This document shows, piece after piece, positions 52,541-62,468 of a DNA stretch of 64,000 nucleotides. Below the pieces are notes generated by a model, which saw only the letters and a list, made by a program, of their open reading frames with translations, ran no database searches and was not told the DNA's origin. Made by a program: the position numbers and the translations under genes. Within the stretch, counting starts at the first letter, position 1. Each line of letters begins with the position of its first letter. The stretch comes from an uncultured bacterium (GTDB lineage Bacteria > UBA8481): the NCBI GenBank assembly GCA_964499705.1, contig CAZCME010000001.1, positions 72,943 through 136,942 of the forward strand, read 5' to 3'.

Positions 52541-53500
52541 GTGCTGAGCCTTTACCACCAGGTCCTCATTGCGCTCGCGCTGGATATTCTCCTCGGCGAT
52601 CCGGAAGGATTTCCTCATCCCGTCCGACTGATGGGACGCGCGGCGAAGGCGATCGAGGCGCCGCTGCGCCGCCTGATCCCGGCCGAGAGATTCGCCGGAA
52701 TCGTCGCGGCCCTTCTGATTTGCTGCGGTTCCGCGGCCCTCGTATACGGCGCGACGGAACTGAGCGCGGAGTTCCATCCGTTGCTCCGGGATATCCTGTC
52801 GATCTATGTCATGTATTCCTGCATCGCGCTCCGCGACATGATGCGTCACAGCTCGGCCGTTCACACTGCGTTGAAGCAGGGAGATATCGCGAAAGCGCGG
52901 CAACAGCTGTCGCGCATCGTCGGCCGCGATACAGAGCAACTCGACGGGCCGGGAATCGTCCGAGCCGCCGTCGAGAGCGTCGCGGAGAGCACGGTCGACG
53001 GCGTCCTGGCGCCGCTCTTCTTCTGCTTCCTCGCCGGTCCGGCAGGCGCCATTTTCCACAAGGCCGCCAGCACGCTGGATTCGACTTTCGGCTACACGAC
53101 GGAACGGTACATCCGGTTCGGTTGGGCTTCCGCGCGACTCGACGATCTCCTGAACTGGATACCCGCCCGCCTCTCCGGCGTTTTCATCTCCGGAGCCGCG
53201 CTTCTTACCCGGGAACATCCCATCGCATCCCTGCGCATCTTCTTCCGCGACGGCCGAAACCACGCGAGCCCCAACGCCGGCTGGCCCGAGGCTGCTTTCG
53301 CCGGCGCGCTGGGCGTGCAACTGGGCGGAACAAATCTCTATGGAGGGGAGAAGATCGAGAAGCCGACGATCGGCGACGCGCTCCACGCGCTGACGCCCGA
53401 TCTCATCTCCCGCGCCAACCGCCTCCTCTTCGTCGCCACTCTAATTAATGTGGCCGTTAATACGGCAGTTAATACGGGGACAGTATACTATTTTCCGTGA
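52541..53500 (+). CDS. cbiB: Adenosylcobinamide-phosphate synthase
   Basis: GDP...HPV, IVGRD, ES.AE..VDG..AP, LDS..GY, DD..NWIPARL, SPNAGWPEAA.AG. Confidence 0.93.
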   Translation: MLSLYHQVLIALALDILLGDPEGFPHPVRLMGRAAKAIEAPLRRLIPAERFAGIVAALLICCGSAALVYGATELSAEFHPLLRDILSIYVMYSCIALRDMMRHSSAVHTALKQGDIAKARQQLSRIVGRDTEQLDGPGIVRAAVESVAESTVDGVLAPLFFCFLAGPAGAIFHKAASTLDSTFGYTTERYIRFGWASARLDDLLNWIPARLSGVFISGAALLTREHPIASLRIFFRDGRNHASPNAGWPEAAFAGALGVQLGGTNLYGGEKIEKPTIGDALHALTPDLISRANRLLFVATLINVAVNTAVNTGTVYYFP

Positions 53501-53540
53501 ATTTATTCACGGAAAATAGTATACTGTCCCCGTATTAACT
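53467..53540. repeat. Perfect 74-bp palindrome (36-bp arms), second copy of the 5819 element; overlaps the cbiB 3' end
   Basis: AGTTAATACGGGGACAGTATACTATTTTCCGTGAAT-TT-ATTCACGGAAAATAGTATACTGTCCCCGTATTAACT. Confidence 0.95.
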
Positions 53541-53553
53541 ATCCCCGATTAAG

Positions 53554-54129
53554 TCATATCGATGAAGAGATGAGGATTCGGTCTTCTTCGGAGAGGGGCA
53601 GGGACAGCGCGGCGGCCTGGCCTTCCGGGCTCATCTTGGCCCACGTCTTCCGGATGATCTCGCGCATCTTTTCCAGCGGTGTCTTCGATTTCAGTTCCTG
53701 GAATTGCGTTTCCAGGAACACGAGGCAGAGCGCGTCTTCGATCGTCTGCGTGTCGGAGTCCTTCAGATTTTTCTTGAGGATGATCTCCTTCACGTGCTCG
53801 GTCTCCGCGATGCCGTATCCTTCCTGGGTCATGATCGCGCCGACGGTTTCCGCGTGGAACTTCTTCAGGTCGGTGCGCCACTTCAGGTAACCGGTCCGGC
53901 CGGCGTCATACGTGGAACGCGGGATCGTCCATCGCCGGATGTGCTGGCCGCGCGCGGCGATCCGGAGCGCTTCGGATGCATCGGGCCGGAGCTTCAAGAC
54001 CCATTCCGTCAGGCAGAGCGAGTAGACGTACTCGTGAGGAAAACTGGTCGTCGCCATGGCGGCGCGCTGCGGATCCTCCTTGTTGGCGCGATCGATCTGA
54101 TCCAGCACATTCCGGAATCGTGAGCTCAT
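53554..54129 (-). CDS. DUF4202 family protein
   Basis: ID.AN.EDP, AARGQHIRRW.IPR..Y..GR.GY..WR, Q.IEDA.CLVFL, KTW.KMS. Confidence 0.85.
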   Translation of the reverse strand: MSSRFRNVLDQIDRANKEDPQRAAMATTSFPHEYVYSLCLTEWVLKLRPDASEALRIAARGQHIRRWTIPRSTYDAGRTGYLKWRTDLKKFHAETVGAIMTQEGYGIAETEHVKEIILKKNLKDSDTQTIEDALCLVFLETQFQELKSKTPLEKMREIIRKTWAKMSPEGQAAALSLPLSEEDRILISSSI

Positions 54130-54200
54130 GAGCGCATTCTGTATCATCCGCGATGAAAAACAATATTCAAAAAAACATTTCGCACCTATGATTCACGACC

Positions 54201-54917
54201 ATGGCCGCGCCCAGGACAGCGAAGCTCATTGCGAAACAGCGTCTCACGGAGAATGTGCATGAGCTGACCTTCGAGATGATCGACCCGGCCGAGCTCGGCT
54301 ATGACTCCGGCAAGTACATCATCGTGGCAACCGATGTCCTGAAGGAAAACGGCACTCCTGTGAAACGCGCCTACTCGATCGCGTCGCCTCCGGAAGACCA
54401 GGGGATGTTCAAGCTCTGCTTCAAGCTCATTCCGGGCGGCGTCGCGACTAACTTTCTCGTGAACCTCCATGCCGGAGACGAGATCCGGTTTTCCGGCCCC
54501 TGGGGCAAGAATTTTCATCTGCCCGCGGAGATCGATCCGGAGCAGGCCTTCTGCTTCGTCGCCTCGGGGACGGCGCTTTCCGCCGTTCATGGGCATCTCT
54601 GGAGATTGGCTCGCGATTCGAGCTGGCGCGGCCGCGCTCGATTTTACTGGGGATTGAGGCGCAAGGCGGATTTGTATCACGCCGAAGCAGTGGCCGCGCT
54701 TGCCGGAGATTCCCGGTTCCGGGTCGAGATCCTGTATTCCGATGAGCCGGGCGGAAAGATGCTGGATCGCGCCTTTGAGGAAGGGGCCTGCGAGATCGAG
54801 CCCCGCGCGCTGCACTACCTTGCCGGCAACGGGAACATGATCGAGAGCGTGACGCAGACCTTGTCCGCTCACGGAGTGGACGTGGACAGGATCTTCAAGG
54901 AGATCTACTTTTCCTAG
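54201..54917 (+). CDS. FAD/NAD(P)-binding oxidoreductase (FNR/Fre-like)
   Basis: RAYSIAS, GGVAT, GPWG, degenerate ASGTALS nucleotide loop, YLAG, terminal KEIY. Confidence 0.8.
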   Translation: MAAPRTAKLIAKQRLTENVHELTFEMIDPAELGYDSGKYIIVATDVLKENGTPVKRAYSIASPPEDQGMFKLCFKLIPGGVATNFLVNLHAGDEIRFSGPWGKNFHLPAEIDPEQAFCFVASGTALSAVHGHLWRLARDSSWRGRARFYWGLRRKADLYHAEAVAALAGDSRFRVEILYSDEPGGKMLDRAFEEGACEIEPRALHYLAGNGNMIESVTQTLSAHGVDVDRIFKEIYFS

Positions 54918-57776
54918 GTGACTTCGCGCCGCGTATTTCTCGGATGGGACGAGCCCTGCCTTCCCGCGGCGGTGAGATGGATCATGCGCGAATTCGGCAC
55001 CGCGGATTCTCTCGATCTCTCCCGCGTCATCATCGTCACTCCCGGCAGCCGCCCCGGTCGTCGCATGCTCGAACTCTTCGCGGTCGCCGCCGGGCGGATG
55101 TCGTTCATGCCTCCTCGATTCTTGACGGCCGGAAATCTTCCGGAGGCCCTGTATCAGCCTCGCAAGCCCATGGCGTCCGATCTTGTATCCGTGCTGGCGT
55201 GGCGGGAAGCCCTGGTGAAGATCAAGCCGAAGGAGCTTCGACTCGTCTTTCCGGATCTGCCCGATAAGAGTGATTTACAGGGTTGGTGCGACATCGCCCG
55301 TGAAGTCCTGTCCATCCACGCAACGCTCGCCGCCGACAGCGTTTCTTTTTCCGAAGTGGCTCGACGCCTGAAACAGTCGCTTCCGGATTTCGACGATGAG
55401 GGGAGATGGCATGTACTGGAAACGATTCACGATGCCTGCATGCGGCTTCTCGATCGGGAGGATCGCGCGGATCAGCACGCCGCACGCCGGGAGGCGCTCC
55501 GGACCGGCGATTGCCAGTCCGAGCAGGATATTTTCCTGGTGGGTTGCCCGGACCTGAATCGCACCACGCGTCTCATGCTGGCCCTGGCGGCCGAGCACGG
55601 AACCGTCTCCGCGCTCGTACATGCTCCGGATTCTCTCGCGGCCGGCTTCGATACATTTGGCTGCATCGAGCCGGAATTCTGGCGAGAACGAATGATCGAT
55701 TTCGAGAAGAGCGTGTTCGGCGTGGCGAGCGTTCGGTTCGCCGACAGGCCCCGCGACGAAGCGGTTGCCGTTCTCGAGGAACTAGCCGACGAGACGAGTC
55801 TTGGCGCGGACGAGATCACGATCGGTGTCGGCGACGATACGTTCGCTCTCGAATGCGAGCGTGTTCTCGTCGAAGCGGGAGTGCCTGTGCGGATCGCGGC
55901 CGGCACGCCGATAGACCGCAGCCGCCCCGTGCTCTTCCTCCGCGCGCTGGCGCGTTTCGTCGCGACTGACGGCGTCGGCGAATTCGAACAGCTTGTCCGC
56001 CATCCGGATTGCGAAGCTCTGATCCAGGCGGAACTGGATTGCCACGGCATCGATGATAAGGATCGTTGGCTCGCCGCCCTGGATGATTATTTCGGCGCGA
56101 CGCTTTTGCCCACCATGCCGAAATCCGTGCCGGGTTCGCTCTCCAGGACCGTCACAGCCGTGCAGCGCGTGATCGCGCTGTTTCGTCCCGGAAATCCAGC
56201 CGCCAGGACTCTGGCCGAATGGAGCCCCGTCATCGCGGACTGTCTTCGTCGTCTCTACGGCGGTCGCTCGATCTCGACGCATACTGAAGATGGGGCCCGC
56301 CTCGCCGCTTCCCTGGAGCTCATAGCGGGCATGCTTCAAGAACAATCCACTCTACATGCGCACGCGGACCTCCTTCCGCGGATGACGTTCCCCGGGGCGA
56401 TTGATTTCACGCTCGCCAGGGTTGAAGGGGAGAGCCTTCCATCTGCGGGGGGGACGCCCGCGGTCGAGCTTCTCGGCTGGCTCGAACTGGCCCTCGATGA
56501 TGCGCCACGCCTAATCGTGACCTGTGTCAATGAAGGCGTGATCCCGGGTGGGCGGGATAACGATGCCTTCCTGCCCGACGCGGCGCGACGCGCGCTCGGG
56601 ATGGCGGACAGCAGCCGGCGTTTTGCTCGCGATCTGTATCTGACGGCGGCGATCCTGCAGAGCCGGAGGTCGACCTGGATCGCCACGCGGCGCGACGCCA
56701 ACGATGTGCCATTGGCCCCCAGCCGCCTCCTGCTGGCCTGCTCCGACGATCTGCTCGTCTCGCGACTTCGCAACTTCTACGATCCCGCCGCGGATGGTGC
56801 GGGTGACTCGCGCCCACGCGCGCCGATCCGATGGCTCGAGCCGGGCGTGAAACCATCGAGTACGGGCAGCGGCTTTCTCATTCCCGCTCCGCCGTCCCCG
56901 GGAACATGCCCGGTTCTGACGGATCTGCGGGTGACGGCGTTTCGAGACTACATCGCGTGCCCCTATCGGTTTTACCTGAAGCACATCCTCCATCTCCGGG
57001 AATTCAACGAGGCCGCGCTGGAACTCGATCCCCTTCGATACGGGTCCCTCATTCACCGCGCGCTTCAGTATTTCGCGGAGAGCGCCGCTCGCGATTCGCA
57101 GGACGAGAAAAACATCCGGCGAGAAATGCGCGAAGGGCTCGATCGCGCGATGGGCGAGGAGCTCGGGGAGATGTCGACCGCCGTCGCCATCCAGAAGGAG
57201 TTTCTCGGCAACAGGCTCGATCGGCTCGCCGGTGTGCAGGCGCGCTTGGTCGCGGGCGGGTGGAGGATCGTGCATGTGGAGAAGCGGCTTGAAGCGACGA
57301 TGGAGGTCGATGGCGAGCCCTTTCTCGTCCATGGAACGATCGACAGGATCGACAGACATGAGTCCGGCGCATTCCGCCTGATCGATTATAAATCCTACGA
57401 CAGCGCGAAGACTCCGGAGAAGACGCACCGTTCCGGCCGGAAGGAATGGATCGATCTCCAGCTTCCGCTATATCTCAACCTTGCCGCGCAGCTCGGCGTA
57501 TCCGCGGACAGCGAACTCGGATACGTGCTTCTTCCGAGAGATCCGGCGCGCATCGATTTTGAACCGGCGAAGTGGACGGCGGATGACATCGCCTCCGCGC
57601 TGGAAAAAGCTCATGATGTCATTCGCGGCATTCGCGCGGGCCTCTTCTGGCCTCCAGCATCACCCGAGGATCTCGCCTGGCCCGATGCGTTCAGCGTCCT
57701 CTGCATGGATGAATACATCGCGCGCCCCCGCGTCATCAGCGCCGTGACGTCGAAATGGAACGCGCGCCCGTCATGA
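54918..57776 (+). CDS. addB: AddB/RexB-like inactive helicase with PD-(D/E)XK nuclease
   Basis: C-terminal CPYRFY, G.LIH, GTIDRID...IDYK, QLPLY; directly upstream of addA. Confidence 0.78.
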   Translation: MTSRRVFLGWDEPCLPAAVRWIMREFGTADSLDLSRVIIVTPGSRPGRRMLELFAVAAGRMSFMPPRFLTAGNLPEALYQPRKPMASDLVSVLAWREALVKIKPKELRLVFPDLPDKSDLQGWCDIAREVLSIHATLAADSVSFSEVARRLKQSLPDFDDEGRWHVLETIHDACMRLLDREDRADQHAARREALRTGDCQSEQDIFLVGCPDLNRTTRLMLALAAEHGTVSALVHAPDSLAAGFDTFGCIEPEFWRERMIDFEKSVFGVASVRFADRPRDEAVAVLEELADETSLGADEITIGVGDDTFALECERVLVEAGVPVRIAAGTPIDRSRPVLFLRALARFVATDGVGEFEQLVRHPDCEALIQAELDCHGIDDKDRWLAALDDYFGATLLPTMPKSVPGSLSRTVTAVQRVIALFRPGNPAARTLAEWSPVIADCLRRLYGGRSISTHTEDGARLAASLELIAGMLQEQSTLHAHADLLPRMTFPGAIDFTLARVEGESLPSAGGTPAVELLGWLELALDDAPRLIVTCVNEGVIPGGRDNDAFLPDAARRALGMADSSRRFARDLYLTAAILQSRRSTWIATRRDANDVPLAPSRLLLACSDDLLVSRLRNFYDPAADGAGDSRPRAPIRWLEPGVKPSSTGSGFLIPAPPSPGTCPVLTDLRVTAFRDYIACPYRFYLKHILHLREFNEAALELDPLRYGSLIHRALQYFAESAARDSQDEKNIRREMREGLDRAMGEELGEMSTAVAIQKEFLGNRLDRLAGVQARLVAGGWRIVHVEKRLEATMEVDGEPFLVHGTIDRIDRHESGAFRLIDYKSYDSAKTPEKTHRSGRKEWIDLQLPLYLNLAAQLGVSADSELGYVLLPRDPARIDFEPAKWTADDIASALEKAHDVIRGIRAGLFWPPASPEDLAWPDAFSVLCMDEYIARPRVISAVTSKWNARPS

Positions 57777-60700
57777 CAACGGTGCTTTCTCATTCCGTCA
57801 TCCGCGCGTCCGCCGGCACGGGCAAGACGTTTGCGCTCAGCAACCGCTATCTCCAGCTGCTCCGCCTCGGCGTGGCTCCCGAGAAGATTCTCGCGACGAC
57901 GTTTACAAGGAAGGCGGCGGGGGAGATTCTCGAACGCGTCATGCGGAGATTATCCGCGGCGGCGCAGGACGAGGCATCCGCGATCAGGCTGGCGCGCGAG
58001 CTGAATGTGCGGGTCACGCGCGAGGATGGCGTGAACATGCTGCGCGTCCTCTCGTCCTCTCTCCATCGTCTCTCCATTTCCACGCTCGACAGTTTCTTCC
58101 ACAGGGCCGCCGCATCTTTCCGGCATGAGCTGGACCTGCCCCGCGATTGCGACGTGGCCGACAACGGAGATCCGCGCGTCACCGCGCTCCAGCTGGAAGC
58201 GGTGCGCGCGTTGTTGAGCGAACGAAGTGTCGAGGAGGTGATGGGGATCGTTTCGGCCATCCATGGCGGGAGGCCGCCGCGGTCGGTGACGACGGGAATC
58301 CAGGAACTCGCTTCGAAATTATATGAACTCTGGCGCCAGACGGATGAGGACGCATGGAAACAGCTCGTCGTGACGGGCAGGGCCTTGTCCGACGATCACC
58401 TCGAAGGTGTCATCCAGGCCATCGAGGCTGAGCGGGAGGATGTCGCGGACAAGCGCTGGAAGAAGGCGCTTCAGGCGCTTGTGGAACAGGTTGCCGCGCG
58501 GGATTGGCTGGAACTCGTCAAGTCGGGACTTCCCGCGAAGATCCTGAAAGGGGAGAAGGAGTATTATGGCCGGGAGATTTCCGAACCGATGGTCGAGACG
58601 ATCGTAGCGCTCGTGAATCATGTCCGGCACGAGATCACCTCCCGGCTCCGTGCGCGCGTGGAGGCCGCCTGGTCGCTTCTCCGGGATTTCGACGCGCATT
58701 ACTCCCGGTTGCGGCGGGAAGAAAAACTACTTCTCTATTCGGATATTCCCGTCCGGCTCGCGAGAGGTGTCGCCTCGGGCGCCGATCTCTTTTCATCGCT
58801 GTACTATCGTCTCGACATGAGCTTCGACCATCTCCTGCTCGATGAATTCCAGGACACGAGCCTTCTCCAATGGAGCATTCTCCGGCCCATGGCCGAGGAG
58901 ATCTCGGCGCATGGGGATGCCCATGCGTCGGGCCGGAGCCTCTTCTGCGTCGGCGATGTGAAGCAGGCGATCTACGGCTGGCGCGGTGGATGCGCGACGG
59001 TCTTCGACAAGCTGGTCGACGATCTCCGCCTCGGCCCGTTCTCCGCGTCCACGATGGCGGAAAGCTATCGCTCGTCGCAGGTCATACTCGATACCGTCAA
59101 TCGTGTCTTCCTGGGCATCGGAACAAGTCCCGCGCTGGCGAGGTATCCGGAACTGGCTGCGTCGTGGCGCGACCGGTTCGAGGCGCACAAGGCTCACTAC
59201 GATCTCCCGGGGTACGCGGAACTGATCACCGCGCGAGGCGAGGACGCGGAGGAGGAAAATCCGGAGGGGGACGAGGATCTGTCCGCGTCGCCGGTTCTTG
59301 CGATGGCCGCGAAGCGCATCGTGGAAATACTGAACAAGGCGCCGGGGAGGAACATGGGAGTTCTCGTCCGGACGAACGCGGCCGCTCACCGCATGATGCA
59401 GCTTCTGAGGGCGCAAGGAGTGGACGCCAGCGGAGAAGGCGGAAGCTCCCTCGCGGACGATCCCGCCGTTACTTCGATCCTCGCCGCGCTCGATTGCGCC
59501 GATCATCCCGGGCACGAGCCCGCGGCCTTCGAGCTCGCGCATTCGCCGCTCGGTGCCCACCTGGGCCTGAAAACGTATCAGCGACACGACGTCCAGCGCG
59601 TAGGTCGCAGGATCCGCTCCGACCTCATCGACCAGGGATACGCGCGCGTGATTGCGGCCTGGGCGCGCGCGCTCGAAAAATTCTGCGACGAGCGCAGTGC
59701 GTCGCGGTTGGAGAAGCTCGTGGAACTGGCCGCCGTCTTTGACGCCCGGCCGACGCTCCGGCCGTCCGATTTCGCCCGCCAGGCGCGCGAGACCGAGGTC
59801 GCCGACCCGGCCGCTTCGCGCGTCCGCGTCATGACGGTCCACGGTTCCAAGGGGCTCGAATTCGACATCGTCTTTCTGCCGGAGCTCCACGGTTATCTCG
59901 GCCGCGTGCAGGAGGAATTTCTCTCCATCCGAAAGACACCGGATGGTCCGGTCGATGCGGTCGTCTGCGGCGGCAGCGAGCTGGTTCGATCGTTCAGCGA
60001 TCAGCTTCAACAGGCATGGAGCCAATCCGTCGTCCGCAGGCTTGAAGATGACATGGCCGTCCTGTACGTCGCGATGACGCGCGCGAAATATGCGCTCCAC
60101 ATGATTGTTCCTCCCGTGAAGCGGAAGAAGGACGGAACCGTGGGTGCCTCCGGATGGACGAGCACCACCTGCTCGACCATATTGCGACGGTCGCTCAGCG
60201 CCCTGGGCGAATCGGAAAATCCCGACGGAGGAGAAACACTTTTCGCGGCGGGAGACGAGGATTGGATGATCGAAGCGAAGTCGGAACCGCCGGCTGCGGC
60301 TCGTTCTTCCTTGCCGCGCCCTGTGATCGCGCTGGCGAAGAAGGGTGAACGACCCCGCCGTTTTCGCAGGCAGACGTCTCCCACGAGGGGCGTGGAGACG
60401 GATGAGCTATCGGTGGAGGATCTTTTTTCAAAGCGAAGCGATGAAGCCGCGGTGAAGGGCCTCATCCTGCACTCGTTCTTCGAGGAGATCGAGTGGTTCG
60501 ACACGGCCGCTCGCGCGGACGATGCGCTGCTCGACGCGGCGCGGCGGAATGTTCCCGAGGCCGCGCCGGCCCTTCTGAAGGCGCAACTCGCGGCTTTTCG
60601 CGCGCTGATGGAGCTCGACGAAGTCAAATCAGTCCTGGCGAAGCCGCGGACGGCGAAGGACGAGAGATGCGAAGTCTGGCGCGAGAGATCCTTCGTCGTG

Positions 60701-60985
60701 GCCGACGATGATCAGCTCCATGTCGGGCGATTCGACCGCGTGATCGTGACGCGCGGACAAGTAGGGCCCCGTCGCGCGCGCATCGTTGATTTCAAGACCG
60801 GCTGCTTTCCCGAAAAGGGCGAGATGGGCGATGTCAAGGTCGAGCATCAAAGACAGCTCCAGGCATATCGTGGCATCCTCGCGAGAATGCTCGGGATCGA
60901 TATCGTTCATGTAACGGCGGAGCTCCTCTTCCTGGACGCGAAGGGTCCTCGTGCGGTACGGGTATTATGTTCCGAGCCGCTTTGA
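57773..60985 (+). CDS. addA: AddA/RecB-like SF1 helicase-nuclease
   Basis: ASAGTGKT, TFTRKAA, DEFQDT, VGDVKQAIY.WRG, SYRS, TVHGSKGLEF, YVAMTRA; nuclease GRFDR...VDFKT, QL.AY. Confidence 0.88.
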   Translation: MTTVLSHSVIRASAGTGKTFALSNRYLQLLRLGVAPEKILATTFTRKAAGEILERVMRRLSAAAQDEASAIRLARELNVRVTREDGVNMLRVLSSSLHRLSISTLDSFFHRAAASFRHELDLPRDCDVADNGDPRVTALQLEAVRALLSERSVEEVMGIVSAIHGGRPPRSVTTGIQELASKLYELWRQTDEDAWKQLVVTGRALSDDHLEGVIQAIEAEREDVADKRWKKALQALVEQVAARDWLELVKSGLPAKILKGEKEYYGREISEPMVETIVALVNHVRHEITSRLRARVEAAWSLLRDFDAHYSRLRREEKLLLYSDIPVRLARGVASGADLFSSLYYRLDMSFDHLLLDEFQDTSLLQWSILRPMAEEISAHGDAHASGRSLFCVGDVKQAIYGWRGGCATVFDKLVDDLRLGPFSASTMAESYRSSQVILDTVNRVFLGIGTSPALARYPELAASWRDRFEAHKAHYDLPGYAELITARGEDAEEENPEGDEDLSASPVLAMAAKRIVEILNKAPGRNMGVLVRTNAAAHRMMQLLRAQGVDASGEGGSSLADDPAVTSILAALDCADHPGHEPAAFELAHSPLGAHLGLKTYQRHDVQRVGRRIRSDLIDQGYARVIAAWARALEKFCDERSASRLEKLVELAAVFDARPTLRPSDFARQARETEVADPAASRVRVMTVHGSKGLEFDIVFLPELHGYLGRVQEEFLSIRKTPDGPVDAVVCGGSELVRSFSDQLQQAWSQSVVRRLEDDMAVLYVAMTRAKYALHMIVPPVKRKKDGTVGASGWTSTTCSTILRRSLSALGESENPDGGETLFAAGDEDWMIEAKSEPPAAARSSLPRPVIALAKKGERPRRFRRQTSPTRGVETDELSVEDLFSKRSDEAAVKGLILHSFFEEIEWFDTAARADDALLDAARRNVPEAAPALLKAQLAAFRALMELDEVKSVLAKPRTAKDERCEVWRERSFVVADDDQLHVGRFDRVIVTRGQVGPRRARIVDFKTGCFPEKGEMGDVKVEHQRQLQAYRGILARMLGIDIVHVTAELLFLDAKGPRAVRVLCSEPL

Positions 60986-62468
60986 ATCTCTTCGAGCCGT
61001 GAATCGCCGCGCCTCCGGATTCGGAGTGTTTATCATGGCGCTCCTTCTCGGCGCGTTTGCGCGATTACTGTCCTTTCCCCGCGTATTCGCGGGAAACAAG
61101 CTCAGCTTTGTCGGCGGGCCGGATGCCTATTGTCATTTGCGGCGAGCGGAGCTGGTCCTGGCTGGAAAATTGGCCGACGTCGATCAATGGGCGAATTATC
61201 CGTTCGGAGCCGACGTCAGTCTACTGCCGCATGCCTACAGTCACATTCTCGCATTTGCCATGTCGCACTTCGGCAACATCGGTCTGCTGACGTTTCCTCT
61301 ACTCTGTGGATTGCTTTCAATCGTGGTGTTGAAATCTTTATCCGATAAATTCCCGTCCGCTTCGTTCATCATGATTCTTTACTCCGTCATGCCGATCGTC
61401 GTGATTTTATCGTCATGGGGAGCCATTGATCATCATTGCGTCGAAGCGTTGTGCCTTGTGCTTGCGCTGCGCGGCCGCCGGTGGTACGGCGTAGCGCTTT
61501 TAGGATCATGGTTGACAACAACAACGTGGCCGGTAATCGCCATGGTGATCGTCGTGACGGAAGCGATTCGAAGTCGCATTCCGTGGCTTCAAATGCTGGC
61601 GCTTGTTATCGGCCCTCTTGGATTATTGATCGCGGGGAGGTCATTCTTCATGGACCCCTGGCAGAATGAAATCAAGGAAATGAAGTCGCTGCTGGCCGGA
61701 AGCGAAGGTTTGACACGGTCCCTTACCTTGATGTCGGTCAGTCTCATATGCATTCCCTGGGCGCTTCATGTCTGGTGGAAATCGCGCGCGCTGGACCATG
61801 TTGCCTCGCTCTTATCCGCGGCCCTCGTGACATTCCCGCTCGCGCTGCTTCATGCGCGATTCGCCATTTTCCTCGCAGTGCCCGGCGTGTTCGCGATGGG
61901 CGAGGTATTGCAGTCGTTACGTGAGCGGTTCCATCGAGTCATATCGGTTGCCTTTATCGCGGCCTCGTTCACCTGGATTGCGATCGGATTGGCATCCATT
62001 CCCAATTCCGCGGTGGATCCACCGCTGGCCATCAGACGAGCGCTCGATGTCATGCGACAGGTCACTCCCACCCCAGGCGATTACCTGGCACCGCAGCAGC
62101 AGCCTGACTATGGAGTCGCGGCCGCATGGGACCTGGGCCATGCCATTACCGCGCTCGCCATGCGACCTGCGGTAGCGAGCCCCTATCTCTCGGGAAACAG
62201 GGGGCGCGATCTCATGCGGAACATATTCTTTTCCGAGCCGCGCATAGCATCCGAGATTGCGGATAAACATGCGGCGCGTTACCTGCTTCTGACGAAACTG
62301 CGAGTGGCCGCAGGACCCGCTCGATCACTCTATGAGCGACTGTATTACGATCATGACACACAACTGGGATGGGATTGCATCTATCAATCACCGGAGATAT
62401 TTCGACTCGACGGAGTCGAAGTCCCGGCTGTCCAGATCTGGGAGCGAAATACGGGGACAGTATACTGA
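60951..62468 (+). CDS. STT3/AglB-like oligosaccharyltransferase (GT-C), compact
   Basis: DAYCHLRR, GAIDHH, EIKE, HARF, YGVAAAWDLGH; multi-TM N-terminus and soluble C-terminus; start uncertain. Confidence 0.75.
   Translation: MRYGYYVPSRFESLRAVNRRASGFGVFIMALLLGAFARLLSFPRVFAGNKLSFVGGPDAYCHLRRAELVLAGKLADVDQWANYPFGADVSLLPHAYSHILAFAMSHFGNIGLLTFPLLCGLLSIVVLKSLSDKFPSASFIMILYSVMPIVVILSSWGAIDHHCVEALCLVLALRGRRWYGVALLGSWLTTTTWPVIAMVIVVTEAIRSRIPWLQMLALVIGPLGLLIAGRSFFMDPWQNEIKEMKSLLAGSEGLTRSLTLMSVSLICIPWALHVWWKSRALDHVASLLSAALVTFPLALLHARFAIFLAVPGVFAMGEVLQSLRERFHRVISVAFIAASFTWIAIGLASIPNSAVDPPLAIRRALDVMRQVTPTPGDYLAPQQQPDYGVAAAWDLGHAITALAMRPAVASPYLSGNRGRDLMRNIFFSEPRIASEIADKHAARYLLLTKLRVAAGPARSLYERLYYDHDTQLGWDCIYQSPEIFRLDGVEVPAVQIWERNTGTVY

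Noticed and set aside
54918-60985. Helicase + nuclease pair as an anti-phage system
   Set aside because: Architecture and order match the housekeeping AddAB recombination complex.
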